Program-made: the position numbers and the translations under genes
Shown here: piece after piece, positions 24,501 to 39,525 of the stretch
Numbering within the stretch: the first letter of the stretch is position 1
Layout: each line of letters starts with the position of its first letter
From: Tubulanus polymorphus
Taxonomy: Eukaryota; Animalia; Nemertea
Length of the DNA stretch: 64,000 nucleotides
Assembly (NCBI RefSeq): GCF_964204645.1
Contig: NC_134025.1
Location: forward strand, 3,596,001-3,660,000
Direction: 5' to 3'
The notes under the pieces: generated by a model
Told to the model about the DNA's origin: nothing
Database searches by the model: none
What the model saw: the letters and a program-made list of their open reading frames with translations, nothing else

Positions 24501-27500
24501 GAAATGTTGGTGGAAGTTTGGGCTGATCCTTTCAATGGATCTATTATTACAAGGTTATTTCTTATTAGATAATTAACATCAGGTATTGTGGTGCATCCAT
24601 TCACATATTCACAGTGTAAACTATTCATTTATTGGCTTTTTTCAGATTAACAAGTTCGTGGATTGACTCGAATGTTATCGAAGAAACAAAGATACCAGCT
24701 GTGTTGACTCCGGGCAGTTGGCAGCATCTTGGATTCATGTACTCTGAGTCTCTCAACAAGAACAAAGAAATAGTCACTGCATGTGTAAGTATTCAGCAAA
24801 ATTATCTTTGATATTTCTCATCACATACCTCTGCTTATACGTGTAATGAATCTTTTGTTTTGTCATAGGTAACATGTATCGTAGACGGGTGTCATTTCCG
24901 GCAAATATCTATGAAATATCAACTCCTACAAGTAAATCCTAGCAATGCATCGGTGTTGATTGGTCACAGCATGTCTGACTCTGAAATACGTACTACACCT
25001 GGGTCTTGGCAGATGGGAAACTTCATGCTGTTCAAAGGTGAATATTGTCTTGCTGTTTCCTGTCTTTTGTGCTTGTCTTATGTATCATTACATTGTAAAT
25101 TGTATTAAATGTATTCGATATTTCAGATTGTATCCCGAAGGAGACTTTGTTTCATTTGTATAGTCTTGGCCCGGAATGTAGCACTATCAGTCAGTGCGAT
25201 TCAGCCAGTCTAAAAGCCATATACAAGCATTTCATCAATCAAGATCTACTGCTTCAATCTGGTCTCAGTTTTGATGTTTTAACGGGCAACCATTCAATTG
25301 CATTACAGCATATGAGGGTAAGCACTCGTTGTATTACAACTTAGCCTGTAATTATGGAAAATACACCAGTATTTTATGTTTGGTACGCATTTCATTTTAG
25401 GAAAGCTTTTTACTTGGATATTTACCGAGTCATGCAGAAACGTACAACCTTTATCAACCTCAACCACTGGGCACTGTTAAAGAATCAAGTAAAACACGTC
25501 TAACTGATATCTTTACGAGTACCAAGCCTCATGGATTTGATGCCCTTCTACAAAAGCCAGTTGTTATGGATGCAGGAGCAATGGCTCAGTTGGTACCACA
25601 GATCTATCGAGGTCTGACTGGGGCTATTGATGAAATTGGTGGAATTGGAGTATTCATTTTCCTTTATGCTCGCGTGAGTATATAGTATATTTATCAGTTG
25701 GTATGCATAACCTCTCAGTTACTTATCCATTTATTTCTGTATTATTCATGTCTAGATTGTGGAGAATTTCCAAAATGAAGATTATCAAGCGAAAGCCTTG
25801 AAACTCTTGTTCAGCCTTATTCAACATCATGAGAAATATGCTAAAGAATTCAGTCATATCGGTGGATATGCCCTTCTGCGAAAAGTTATGGACACGCCTA
25901 AATGCTTGATTGGTTATCCAACCCTTGAAGTAAGATCATTTTAAATCTTTTAGACAAGTTCAAATTTCACTCAAGTAAATATTATATGTGTTTTTGCAGG
26001 TATTACTAAATGCATGTACTAGTGAACCAATAGTTCAGTATGATGAAACAAACGATACATACAGTTTGAATGAATTGAAATATGTTCTCGTCACTGATAC
26101 TGACATCATTAGTCAGATACTGTTGGCTTGGAGGGTTTGGGACAAAGTGGATACTGATATATGGAAAATGGCATTTACCGCACTAGAACTCATGGTCAGA
26201 GAAGATCACGTACATCTGGAATTCAATTTGAAACAGTTTTCCGCAATTGATATTGTTGGCAGTTTGTTACTGATATTCCAGGTAGTGAAATTTACACGTA
26301 CGAAGATTTTAGATCCGGTGTTTGATATGTCGATACATGGGATAAATGTATGAAATCATGTCGTTTTAGGAACGGATTCAAGAAGCTGTTCCGTCATTAC
26401 CTATTCCAATCTGTGATAGCGTAGTCACTATAATACACTGTATGATGAGTTCGCCACCAGATACAAATATGTTAGTAACAATCTGTGACTTTCTACTGTT
26501 AGTTCATCCAGCGGCGATGACCTTCGTCAGTCACACTATCGATGGATTCTATTTCACATTGAAGTGTGGTAAGTTTCCACTTTCAGTCTTTCCACTTAAT
26601 TATGAATTAGTCACGATGACTCATAATCAGATGCATCCGCATAATTCATGGATATGGCTTTTCAGGGTATCAAAATTCAGCTAGGTATCGTAGAGGTACA
26701 TTTCATATTGATCATTATTTCTTTCGTAGCGTTTAACATGTATCATAGTCTTTTAATGCTTCCACTGTTACATTTAAAGCATGTCCCTTCTGAGCATTTA
26801 TCTAAGCCATACTTTGCTTTAGTGCTGTAAGAATATAGTTGTTTCAGAGTTAATGCTGTGAATGAATAAGATTATTGTAAATATGCTTATACCATGTACA
26901 CTTGCATTTGCCTTATCTAATTGAATAATTGCTCTGTCAAACTTCTGTAGTGAACGCTTGAATGTAGCATGCGTATTATTTACATGTCGATACTGCAGCT
27001 GAGGATCAGGCTGAAAAACAGAGACAGAAACATGTTGAACTGACGCATTCATTTCCTGCTTCTCACTCAACGCCTAGTTTACAAGAGAGATACAGATTTG
27101 ATTCAGATAGTGAACAATATACATCATATACACACCTAGGTAATAGATAAAGCTTTGTAATTATGGACCCAAAACCGACGCATACCGGTATATCGTCTTG
27201 TATTTTTGATACACTATATATTGATTATGTTATCGATATTTTCCAGGTTTCACTTTAATAAAACCACCTTGTTTATCTTTACGTTCAATACATAAATACA
27301 TCAGTATAAATTCATTCATTTCCAGAACGAAAAATGTCAATAAGTTGCCCACCTAGTCCAACTCTAGGTATAGGTCAGGATGTACCAGGCTCTCCGGAAA
27401 AGATAATTGTGGTATTTATGGTTACTTCTCTCTTGTTGATTAAAAAGCATTCAGAGTTCAATCGGTTGTGAAAATTCTATTTGTGCTTGAATTCATTCAG

Positions 27501-30500
27501 GGATCTGCTGACTCTGGTTCGAAATCGGATGGCGGCACCCCGGATAGATTGGCAGCTGCCCTCGAGTTGTATTCCTTAGATGGTAAGAAACTCCAGGACA
27601 TTAAAAACTTTGATGAAGTCGGAGCCGCCGGCAGTACCGGTAGTACTTTACTACCGAGCAACTCGATGGATGATATCTGGCGTCGCGCTCAGGAACTGAT
27701 GTATGCATCCACCTCATCTGAATCGAGTGTAGATCACACGCGTTACGCGACACGATTGAGACGTGTTAAAACATCGGACTCGGAAAGTTTCGTCGAGATC
27801 GATCGCTCTAGTCAAATACACAGTCCGGAGATACTAAATCCGAAGAAACAACTGCCATTTTCCGATACGGTGGATCAAAATCAGAGTATTTTGAGCGATG
27901 AATGGGAAATGTATCCGACGCCTACATCGATGAAAAGCGTGCGAGTTCATGTTAAAACCCAAGAAACATTCGACGACATTGAAGAAGATGAAATTGGTCT
28001 AGTGCACGTTTGTATCGGTAATTATTTTGTCTTTGTATTCGTTTAATTAATAGTATTAGAATATAGATCAGATATATAAATGTATATATTTGTAGGTATG
28101 TTGAAACTATTAGCAAATGAAGTTGTCACTCTACCGGATAGTTTGGTTCAGAAAGTACTCGGTAATGTCATCCGTCCTGAAATGTTGGTCGTACTTGCTC
28201 ATCACAATGCTAGTCAAATAAGAACTGCCGTTGTTAAGGTAAATCACGTCATGTGTTCCATATTCATGCCTTTTCTGTCCAACAAAGAGTAACTACATTT
28301 ACAAAGCATACATCTATTTTCAGTTACTAGCCAGTTTTATTCAGAGAGCTACTCCACCACTAGTTGATCGCTTTGTCAACCAGAATGGTTTCCATCTTTT
28401 GTCTAGTCAGCTTCATCAGCATGTTGCCACGCGCCCTCTAGTCGAATCTTGTCTTTCCATATTCTTTGGAAAACACCACAGCCTTCACGAAGAGTAGGTG
28501 TTCCCGAGGTGTGTCCTCTTTAAATCGATTGTATCCGATTGATGTCTGATGATGCCGATGTTACTATTTCAGCATGGATCCATCGATGTTTTTAGAAACC
28601 ACGTCATTACAGAAGCAAACTGTTGTCTTGGCGATGTCACTTTTAGAAAATACGACTTATGATGCCACCCTCTGTCATAATACCCTGTGCATGCTTTCTC
28701 AGGTAAGAACCTAGATATCTTACTGTCAACTATGATGTCCTACTTACAATAAAATGATGCTGCTCGTTTCTACAGATTTGTGAAGCAGCACCTGGTTTAG
28801 CTGGAGTGATGCTGGAAAATGGTTTGTTAGAATCGTTATGCAACACATTGATGGCTATTAATGCAATCAACCGTACCAGGTAATGATATCGTCGTATTTT
28901 GAGATAAATTCATATATTCTTGTTCATTTCATACATGTCCTTGTCTTACTTGAATCGCAGGCCCGAAATTTGTAGCATTAATGGTGAAAATGAGAAACGC
29001 GTGTTGATTGAAGATATGGAGCATTTGTTTTCCCTCATCGCGGTTCAATCTTTTGGGTAAGTCATTATACAAACAAGTATAGACTCAAATCGAGATTCTT
29101 TTCTAATTCGGCTCTTATTGTTTGATTACTAGGACAAGTGGAATTGTATATCAGCAGTTATTTGAAGATGTCATATATATGCTGTTAGCTCTGGAACAAA
29201 GTGAACGCAAATCATATGGTAAAAAAGTTTTTCAACATAGGTTAATGCATAAATTTAGATATAACTTGTACTTTATTCATATATTTCATGTAAATCTTTC
29301 TCAGGTAACCGCGCTGAAGCATGTCTCACGATCCAGTCTATTCAATACCAAGTATTCCAGGCTGTTATTAACGATATATCTACACGATTTGAAGAACCAT
29401 CTGCCAAATACCTGGACATTCGTAGATCAACAACATTTGTACCACCAGGTATTTAAATTAGTGAGCTTTGGACGCTCTCACATGATTAATTCTTAACTCA
29501 CTCTACTTATATTGATCATAATCCCAAATCATTGTTAGTATCAATAAATTACATCGATATAAGCATATTCCTACACATGATTATACACTTCATAATTACA
29601 CGTACTAATATTTTTCACTATGGTCGCTGCTTTGTTTCCCGTGTTTGCGTGTGGTTCTGCTTTTACATTGATTTAATACTCTCCTGGTATGGACATGGCT
29701 TGTAGCGTGCTTTTTTCCATAGATGTGTGGCACTTTATTTATCTATAATCATTCGTGATTAGTTTTACTACATACATTAATTGATGCACGTTCTTCAATT
29801 GTCTATGGAATAACTGCTGGACATAAATTAAAAACTCTTGAAACAATTATTCTTTAATTTTGTTGTGGAAACTTTACTCAATTTAAAAGTTTTGTTTAAC
29901 TTACTTCGTATTATCTGCATATACTGCGTTTTGTATGTTTAGTTACTCCGCAAAGCATGGTGTCAAGCCAAAGGAACGCTCGAATGAAAAGTATAGATGT
30001 CGGAATATTGAAAAATCCTCGGCTTATCCGACCAGAACTTATAAACATAGTGGAAAGTAGCACAGCGGATGAACAAAGCAGTGATGATACGTTTATACGT
30101 GTTTCTCATCAAAATTGGTTACAAATTCCCCCACTTCCTAGTTCAGATAATACATTGTTGTTAGATCGAAACCGACGTCGATCTTCGCTATTGACCGAAG
30201 CTTTGTTGATAGATATCCAATTGAAGAAAAAGAAAAACACAAGAATCGGACAGAATGAGCTGCTGGAGAGAATGAAAAAAATCATCACACTCGCGGTTGA
30301 TACGCTTATCTATGCAGGTTAGAATAGGGCCTACTACATGTAGGCATTCCATAAATTTTATTATCAATATCTCAATAATAATAGTAATAATGATAATTAT
30401 AATGCGATTTATAAAGCGCTACATCCAGCGAAGCTGCTCAGAGCGCTTTACATGTGATAAATTATACAACGGTATTACAATATTTCAGTAGCGGTTAATA

Positions 30501-33500
30501 AGAATACCACATCGCTGTTCTATGGTCCACCATCACGGAGAGATTTATATGATGACAGTCTTCTATCAAGTAGCAAGTTTTCTCAGAGTCTCCTAGAGTT
30601 CATTCTTCGTTCTATTGTTGATAGCTTGGTATGATAAGGATATTTTATTTTTGAATGAGATACTGTAGTCGGTCCTCTTGTGAACTTCCAAAGATATTGA
30701 CAAATTTAATATAATTTCAGGAGAAAAAGCCGAAATCATCATGGAAAACTTTAATCTGGCAAGCGAAAGACACCATGAGAATTCAGGTTTATTTCTTGTG
30801 TCCGGTGTTCTGTTGCAAGCATATGTAGGCACACTAGGATTACTTTCAATTTTATTATTTTCAGTTTTGTCGGCTGTTCAACTACATGATTACACCTGAA
30901 TCTGTACTTGATTCAAAGATATTTGCCATTCATCTCTTAACTCATGAGCCCAGGTGCAAGGATATTGTGAAGATTACTTTTGGAGCAAATATTCCTGTAT
31001 GTATATAGGTGTTACAGCTGTTAATTCTCCATAAACAGACCTATACTTGTATAATGTTTTTCATTGTTTTACAGCAAGGACAGAAGACGGTCGTGTTTCT
31101 GCATGATTATATCACATATCGCGGACATTTACTCGCGAATCTACAAGCGTATGAAGCTAAAGGTTTGATGGCAGTTTTAGGTCAGTGTGGATTCATACCA
31201 TTAGAGGGCAGATTATCGAAAGAACAAAGAAATAGCATAACCGAGGTTTGTAATTATGCGAAAAATATTTTCTAACTTGATTTATGATGATATAATCAAC
31301 AGAAACTTGATTTCCAGGATATGAATAATTGGCTCATCGATATCAAGAAGGGCAAAGAATTGTTTTCGAAAAAGAACCAGGGAGCACAGCAAAGGTAAAA
31401 TTCACTCCAAAATATTCGCCTATAGTGCCTTGCATTGATATATACCGGTATCTTATTTCATTTCGAAAGAATATTCCACAAAAATGACAGTTTGTCGAGT
31501 AAAGTGTCCGCATCAGCGATGGAAGTCACGCAGGATGTTGTTAATACTCAGAACATTGAGAGGAAGAGATTTATAGAACATATCAAATTGACAATGGCAA
31601 ATGGTCTCGCAGTTAAACGAAACTGGCAGCATCTAATACAACAGTTAACACATGAAAGGTGACTAATGATTTCATAACTTGTAAAACGAAGATATCTATG
31701 AATGGTTAATTCAATTTCTTTTCCCACAGAGGAATTTGGTTTGACGCCAAATCATATCCTCAGTCTTGGCAGCTTGATCCAACGGAAGGTCCATTTAGAG
31801 TGCGACGTCGTTTACAGAGATGTCATTTGGGTTTGAAAGAAAAGTATCTACTTCCTGATTGCAGAGAAAAACTAGGTACATTTTCATTCATTGAAAATAT
31901 GCTTTGTTCTGTTGACTTTAAAAGATACATTTTTGCAGTTTAGAATAATTTGCATTCTGTCTTTAGAAGCTGAAAAGTATGAAGCACCTCTATCATACTT
32001 GTTTGATGATGGTGACCAACAATCATCAGATTCAGCTGCACTCATCTATAGACTTCATACAAATGAGAAAATACAGTGAGTTCTGGTTGTTGTAATATCA
32101 GTACAAAATATACTAGTAGTATAAATGAAGGGTTTTTAGCTGTAGTTTCGAGTATATTTCAGGCATACCTGCAGAAGTACCAGTGTAACACCATCGAGTG
32201 AAACATCAGGCGAAATTCTCATCGGTAAATCTTGACTTTTCATAAAAGAATATTCATTTCAAGATATATGTATCATATTTATAAATGAATTCGTTTGATT
32301 ATTTCAGGGGAGACGCATGTTTACTTCGTAGCTGATATGGCCATTCTTGATGCGAACTATACTCAGGTTTGTCTTGATCTTTTTTTAACCTATTTAGTGT
32401 CTTACAACCGTAACTTCATGTGTTTGATGCATTTTAAAGGTCTTACTCGGGAACAAGGATCTTCTCTCGATGACCTGGCCTTACGACGAGATCAAAGAAA
32501 TTCATAAACGTCGATATCAGTTACGTGATATAGCGCTAGAAATTTTCCTCACCAACGGAAAAACTTGTCTGCTGGCATTTGATTCTGCGAAGGTACCACA
32601 AATCAGGCAGAATAACATTACATGAATAATTCAAATTCATCATAGTGTGAAATTCAACTGTACTGTATACCCGTGTGTTTTATTTAGGAACGTGATGTGA
32701 TGTATGGCCACCTTGATAGCATGAATCTACAAAATCTGATTAAGATGGAGAACCAAGCAGCTATTTCACAACTCTGGGTCGAAGGCCGTATGACAAACTA
32801 TGAATATATAACACATTTGAACACCCTTGCCGGAAGAACGTTCAATGATCTCATGCAGTATCCTGTGTTTCCATTTGTTCTTTCCGACTACTTAAACCCT
32901 GTGTTAGACCTGGAAAATCCAGATTCATACAGGTAATACTAGTGATATGCATAATGCATTACCCGTACTTACAATACGTGGAGAATATAGATATTTTATT
33001 GAAATACCTTTCAGAAAACTGAATCGCCCGATAGCAGTACAACACAAAGATAAAGAGAAAAAGTTCAAACAGAATTATGATGTGAGTGTGGTATACAATA
33101 AGGAATGGAAGGTCATTGTTGCGATTATCGATACCATATGAATTACTTTGTGTTTCAGTGGCTGAAATCTGAATATGAGAAGTCTGATTATGAAGATGAC
33201 ATCAACCCATTAAAAGGTCCACCATATCATTATGGTTCACATTATTCAAACAGTGGAACTGTGTTGCATTTCCTCGTGCGTTTACCTCCATTCACTAAAA
33301 TGTTCCTATCCTATCAAGGTGATTTATTAGTTTTGTCTTATGGAATCTGACCTAGGCTACGCATTTAAATTGACAATTGTATTCGTATTTTTTTTCAGAC
33401 AATAACTTTGACATTCCTGATAGGTCATTCCATTCAGTAGCCACATCATGGAGACTTTCTAGTCTTGAATCTAATACAGACGTGAAGGAGTTGATTCCGG

Positions 33501-35795
33501 AATTCTTTTTCTTGCCTGAATTCCTTATCAACCACGAAGGTAAAGCGGAAACTGATTTTGATTCTTTTTAACAATTTTCTCTCTACTAAAATTTGTTGTA
33601 TATTTTGTGTTTAGGGTTTGATTTTGGACATCGTCAGTCAGGAATACAAGTGAATGATGTTAATTTACCAGCGTGGAGTACAGATGATCCACGTCTGTTC
33701 ATAATGATTCACCGCCAAGCGTTAGAGTCAAACTATGTCACTCAGAATATTCATCATTGGATTGATCTTGTGTTCGGTTTCCGTCAGACGGGAAAACCAG
33801 CGATCGATGCAGTTAATGTATTTCATCCATCGGTTAGTAGCTCTGACCTGTGTTTCATTTTCAGCTCTGTATTTGAAACAGTAAAAAATCTCGATTTCAT
33901 TCAGACTTATTTCGGTATCGATGTCGATGGTATACAAGACTCTCTGAAACGTCAAGCTACAATCACTATGATTAAAACTTACGGTCAGACACCAAAGCAG
34001 TTATTCAAGTCACCTCATCTCAGCTGTGCATCAACAGAGACAAGCAGCTCGAATCTAGTGACGAATATACTGTTTACCTCATCTGAAAGATCCAGTTCGA
34101 GCACAGATCAAGATAAACCCATCAAATACAAGGTAAATTATGTATACAACAAATATATATTTTTGGAAAAATTTCTTTGATATGTGCATAAATCTATTGT
34201 CGTTCTTCTGATTTTTGCAGCCATCGCCTTTAATGTCTGTTAGAGGATTGAAGTGGGGAACTTATGTTACTTCCCCTGATTGTTCAAAACCTAGAATAAC
34301 CTGGTCTCAAACATTTAAATCAGCAGTTACATCACTGTATGCACTGCCTACTGGTGAAGTTTTTGGCCTAGGTCCGTGTAGCTGTCTCTTGGTCAGATAC
34401 AGTAAAGAGAAAGGCAAGTAACCATACTCTCATGTAGTTGTAGGTGCTGCTAATATGTTAGAAGTTTGAGCTAAGATTGTGTATATGTTATCTAGGTGTA
34501 ACGACCATGCAGACAGTTGATTGTACATGGGCGGGTATTATCAGTTGGGATCACAACGATGGCATCTTGAGAATTCGCAATAAGAAGAATCATCCTCCTG
34601 TTAACTTTATCCATAAAATTGGAGCTGAGGAGGTTTGTATCAATTTGCTTTATTCGACGATAAACATGTACACATTCAACTGGCAATGCTTTGATTTCAG
34701 GTTACATGCTGTGCTTCGTTACCAGACTGCGCAATGATCTTCATCGGCCATAACACTGGTGTAATCAGGGTATATCAGACGACATTTAACGAAAACAAGG
34801 TGAATGTTCCGAATGCTTTGAGAATCCGAAATTCTTTTTTGAAATGTACTTAATCTTCTTGTATTCCTATTCTAAATTTCAGAAATGTGATATCCAAGTT
34901 AAAGGACATCATTTATGTCTATATGGACATTCCGGTCCTATCACTACTTTACAAGTATGTAAAACTTACAGTATAATGGTTAGTGCTAGTCAGGATGGTT
35001 TGTGTATCATTTGGGATCTGAACAGGTATTTTGATGATCTAGAGCAATGTTCAATTCTTTTTAATTTCCAATTTTGATATCTTCTAAACAAATTATTATT
35101 CATTTGTTTTCGTTTATTCTTCAGGTTAAGCTATATTCGATCAATCACAGATCACGAAGCCCCGGTTTTGTTAGCTGTTATCAGTGAAACGTTAGGAGAT
35201 ATTGCTTCTATAAGTAGAGAAGGTGAAATCTTTATTGAGATATATTAATAAACTGAATTTCAAGGAGTCCGTTTTTGCATCTGTTTGGTTCATTGCAGGT
35301 TTGGGAAGCTGTCTTCAATTACATACAATCAACGGTGATCACATCGCTACAGAGAACTGTCATGAAGAGATAAACTGTATTGCGTTTTCAACTGCACCGG
35401 AAGGACGTTCGGTTAATCTAATTGCTGGTGGTCTCAGTAATGGTCTTGTCAGGTAAGACGCGAATTTTCACATTGTTCTCTTACAATTTTAGATAGAAAT
35501 CTGACTGTAGTCTTATTTTAGGTTGTGGAGTACATGGGATCTTCAACATGTTGGAGATATTGTGGTTTCCTTTCATCCTATACCTGTTTTGAGGTTTGTC
35601 ATAAATTCAGAATATCATACATCGCGTAAACTCGACTTATAAAGCATTAAAGAAACTATTTCTATTCGTAGTTTGATGTATTCGTACGATGTCCAGAAGT
35701 TGTATGTATCGCTGGCAGATGGATCTGTCGTACTGTACGAACACAATCCACAAGGAAAACCGAAAGTTGACATCAACACATATTTTGATAAATAG
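18514..35795 (+). CDS. LYST: Lysosomal-trafficking regulator (BEACH/PH/WD40 protein), many short introns
   Basis: LYST-like N-terminus [27 protein letters not shown] and GYEADVE; WQLDPTEGP; BEACH motifs [51 protein letters not shown] and [10 protein letters not shown]; C-terminal WD40 repeats. First ATG at 18514, stop TAG at 35793-35795. Confidence 0.93.
30372..30453 (-). mobile_element. SINE/LINE 3'-tail remnant in a LYST intron
   Basis: (aat)n-like tail next to tttataaagcgct...gctcagagcgctttaca, a motif typical of L2/SINE 3' ends. Confidence 0.45.
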
Positions 35796-36925
35796 AAGAA
35801 ACGAACAATATGAAATTCTGTGTGCCATTGACATTACGTATCTAGTCAGTATTATGTACCGGTTGTATTGATATTAAGGGATTTCTGATTCGCCGCTGAA
35901 TGATTTGATGAGAGCAACAGAACACATAACAACTGCACATGTACATACTAAATATTCGTTAGGCTGTTTATTTTAATAAGGTTTTTTGTATTGATTTGAT
36001 TAAGTTATTTCATTATGAATGTATTTTTTTTGATTGATTCGTCTTTATTCAGTAGTTTTCATAATACCGATATATCTATCTTGGGTGGACGATTGTTTTG
36101 TGGAACTTGTTTTTTAGGTAACATAGAAAAACGAGTGATGCTGTGATTTTAATAAGCTCTTTTTTCCAACGATTTCATGTAATCTAATTCTAGAATGCTA
36201 TCATCTGTTACATTTTCATTTATAATTATGTAGAGCTTAGAGTATAAGATTTGTGCCAAATATGCAAGCTGATTTCCCATCGATCTTGAAAACTGAAAAT
36301 CATTTTCTTCACTTTCCTTCAGCGTTGATTCCACCTCCTTTACCCGACAGCGTGGAGATCGTAAATATTTCGCTAAATTGACCAGATTCCAAAATGAGAT
36401 TCGAGCAAATTGAAAACTTTTTCCAAATGATTAATGATCACTGATTCAACATTGATGAGTGTTTCGTGTTTTGGTCAGTATTTGACGTTTCTGATGACCA
36501 TATTTTCAAGTCTGAAAGAAACAGCGATTATATAGTATTTTCTTATGAAAGCGATGTGTTTGTGATGTATCGATAGCAAGACTACTGGCAGTTGATTTTA
36601 GATATTGAAATTATAAGATTCAGTATTGATACATGAATTGTCATTCAGTTTTTGTACAGAGAAATTTCTACTAGAGAGAATTGATTTATTGTTTAATCTA
36701 AAATATAGCTTTATGACACATTTATGATTAGATTGTTACATGTATTTATAGGTATATTTACACTATTATTCTCAATAAACGAATGTTTCTCGACTTCATC
36801 TTGTCTCGTCTATCAGTTCTGAATCCGAAGAAGTCTTAAGGTATGAATAGTACCACGATTTATAAAAAGGAAACCAACAGGCAGTGGTGTAATGACAGCA
36901 TTATTATTTGCATTATATATATCGT

Positions 36926-37274
36926 TTATTTAAGAGCAGCTTTAATCTGAGCAAATGTCTTCTCCAAAGCGTCACGAAGCGTTATATCCAGTCTAATCGC
37001 TGGTTTACCTGTGGCCGTCGCACCTGTTAACCTGTCTGTCACTTTAGCCGTACATTTATCTGGAAATATAAGACAAATCGAAATTGTCTTTCATGCTACA
37101 TGAAACAAAACATTCTCTTTTTGAAGGGAATTGTCGCCCATATACTTACTTGGTCCATTTTGAATGGTACATTTTGAACCATCAAAGTCAAGAGCACCGT
37201 AACCAGTGATAGGAATCTGAGAAGAAAAATATTAACCTATTATAGCATGTTAAAAAAATATCAACCTGAGCAGT

Positions 37275-37330
<56 letters not shown>

Positions 37331-38236
37331 CATAAACATTTATATAGCGCCTGTTCCACTGATGCAGTCTTCACCGGCGCTGTAGTGGTCATTAAGGTCC
37401 TGTTAAACCAGTAGTCAACGTGGTGACCATTTAGCTGTGCGGTGACCAGTCTGCTCAGTAACCCTATTTACTAGGAACTTCTCCGGCCACCAGAAGGGCA
37501 TCTTTTATGGTAAAATAGACAGTTAAAATGAGAGATGAACTCAGAAGTACTAGAATTATCCAAATCAAACTTAACTAGAGCTCAAATTCACAATCGATGT
37601 AGTAGTTCTATGGACCTGGCTGTTCTGTGTTTAGCCAGGGTCTCTAAAAAACGGAAAGGTCTTTCTCTAATGCTTTTTCGTTTGAGTTAGTGTCCATGGT
37701 TTACCTGAACATGGAAGAATGCATTACGGGCTTTTGGGGGTTCGCACGAATGAACGATGGGCTTGTAGAAATAAAAATACTTACTCTTATGATAATACCA
37801 TTGTTACCCTACTTACTTGACCTTTCTTCATTTTTTTCGCCACGACGAATCCTACTCCTCTGGCTATTGCTGATTTGACGTCATTGCTGTTTGCGAAGAA
37901 CTTCTTCAACAGCTCCGCGTGATCTTTGATGAACGATTCGTTCAACGCAAAAGATGACGCTACACACAACAAAACTAGAAAAAGGGCACTCGGGGTTATA
38001 TTTCTAGCATTTGTTCAAACCTTTTCTGAGCAACACTGTAATTTCTTAAGAGCCCAAGGAATATCATATTCAAAAATGGAATCATAGACATAGTCGTACG
38101 TAGATAGGATGCATCAGATACGAAAAAAGCCGAATCACAGTATTTCCGACTTCATCTATTCGGACTGATGAAAAGTATAGTGGACTGTTTAGACTGGAGA
38201 TCGCAATATTCACTTACCGATAATTGCTAATTTCAT
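36926..38236 (-). CDS. Secreted, cationic 144-aa protein of unknown family (5 exons)
   Basis: Exons 38236-38218, 37974-37817, 37761-37705, 37216-37150 and 37059-36926 sum to 435 nt in frame with GT-AG introns. Signal peptide MKLAIIVLLCVASSFA; TATAAA about 45 nt upstream; AATAAA overlaps the stop. Confidence 0.8.
37275..37390. repeat. (ATCA)n microsatellite with an adjacent SINE-like tail
   Basis: About 14 copies of atca followed by catttatatagcgcc...ggcgctgtag. Confidence 0.75.
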
Positions 38237-39525
38237 TTTAGAAGTAGAAATATCACTGAACTAAAACGTCATCTGTATCTTTTATAATAGTTTGTTTTAT
38301 GTACACACATATTTCGTCAATACGAAAAGCGATAAGATTGCGCGGACAGACTGTGAATCAAACACATTCATCATTTTTTCGTCAAATAGCTGTCATTTTT
38401 CATAAATGAGATTTCGTTGCTGCTGCTTTTAATCAAAACGTATTTCTAAGCTACTATATTAGTTTTTACAAGGGTCGCTTTATTATCATTGAATAGGAAT
38501 GTGATAATTTCCTTTGAATAACTTGGTGATGGTTAAATGATGAAATGTACGTAGTTTTTAGGAATGCCAGGATGGAATAGTTGTCTATTTACCGAAGTGC
38601 ACTGCGGAAATCTAGATATGCTTTATGCAGACGCGACGTCAGCCAACCAAACAAGATTAGATTGAAGATACAAAACATCGATATTCATTCGAATGTTGTT
38701 TTTCAAATGATCACCCGACTCCAGCCCGTTGAAATACGTTATGACATATTTCGAATAGGTTTATGCAGTTTTGTTCTATATACGTGAGAATAGGCGGCTT
38801 ACTTACCCATCACTCCATTTACTTTTAAGATTATATATCAATACGCTTTAAGGCAAATTTCACAATGACATGTGAACTACTGACACTGTAATTAGACCTA
38901 ACTCTTGATATATTTCCACTCGATAGATCGAAATGATAAAAATTCATATTCATTAGAATTTACATACCGGTAATCAGAACTTTATTCGGTCACAAATGCA
39001 AATAAACAAACTAGCGATCGAAACTATAGTTCAAATGAAATACGCTGAAAAAGTCAACGTTAATGTTAATACTATGCTGAGTGATAGAGATATTGAAAAA
39101 GGAAATGTGAATACATTATATAATTATGATGGTGTTGGATGCTTTTTAGCCAATCAAATGGCTGCGATTGCGTGTTTTATGAATGATGAACCACATATTG
39201 TATATTTATGAAACCGTCATGAAAATTGAAATAATTCAACTTTCTTTTTAATTTTGAATAAGCACCTCTTATGATTTATCTCGCATTTCAATTACGTTAG
39301 ATTAATAATGTCACACAGCACTTCATTATCAAGAGGACGGCATGAATATTGACAGGCGCGGGTGTTATTTGAAAAATGTCGTTTGAAGAACAATTTGAAT
39401 GCTGTGATCAAACGAGAAGGTTATCAAACGACATTTTACATTCGCTTCGTTATTATCTTCGTACAATTCACCGATTCAGTATAAGCTTATATTGGCGTTT
39501 AAACAAGTTTTCAAAAAAAGAAATT

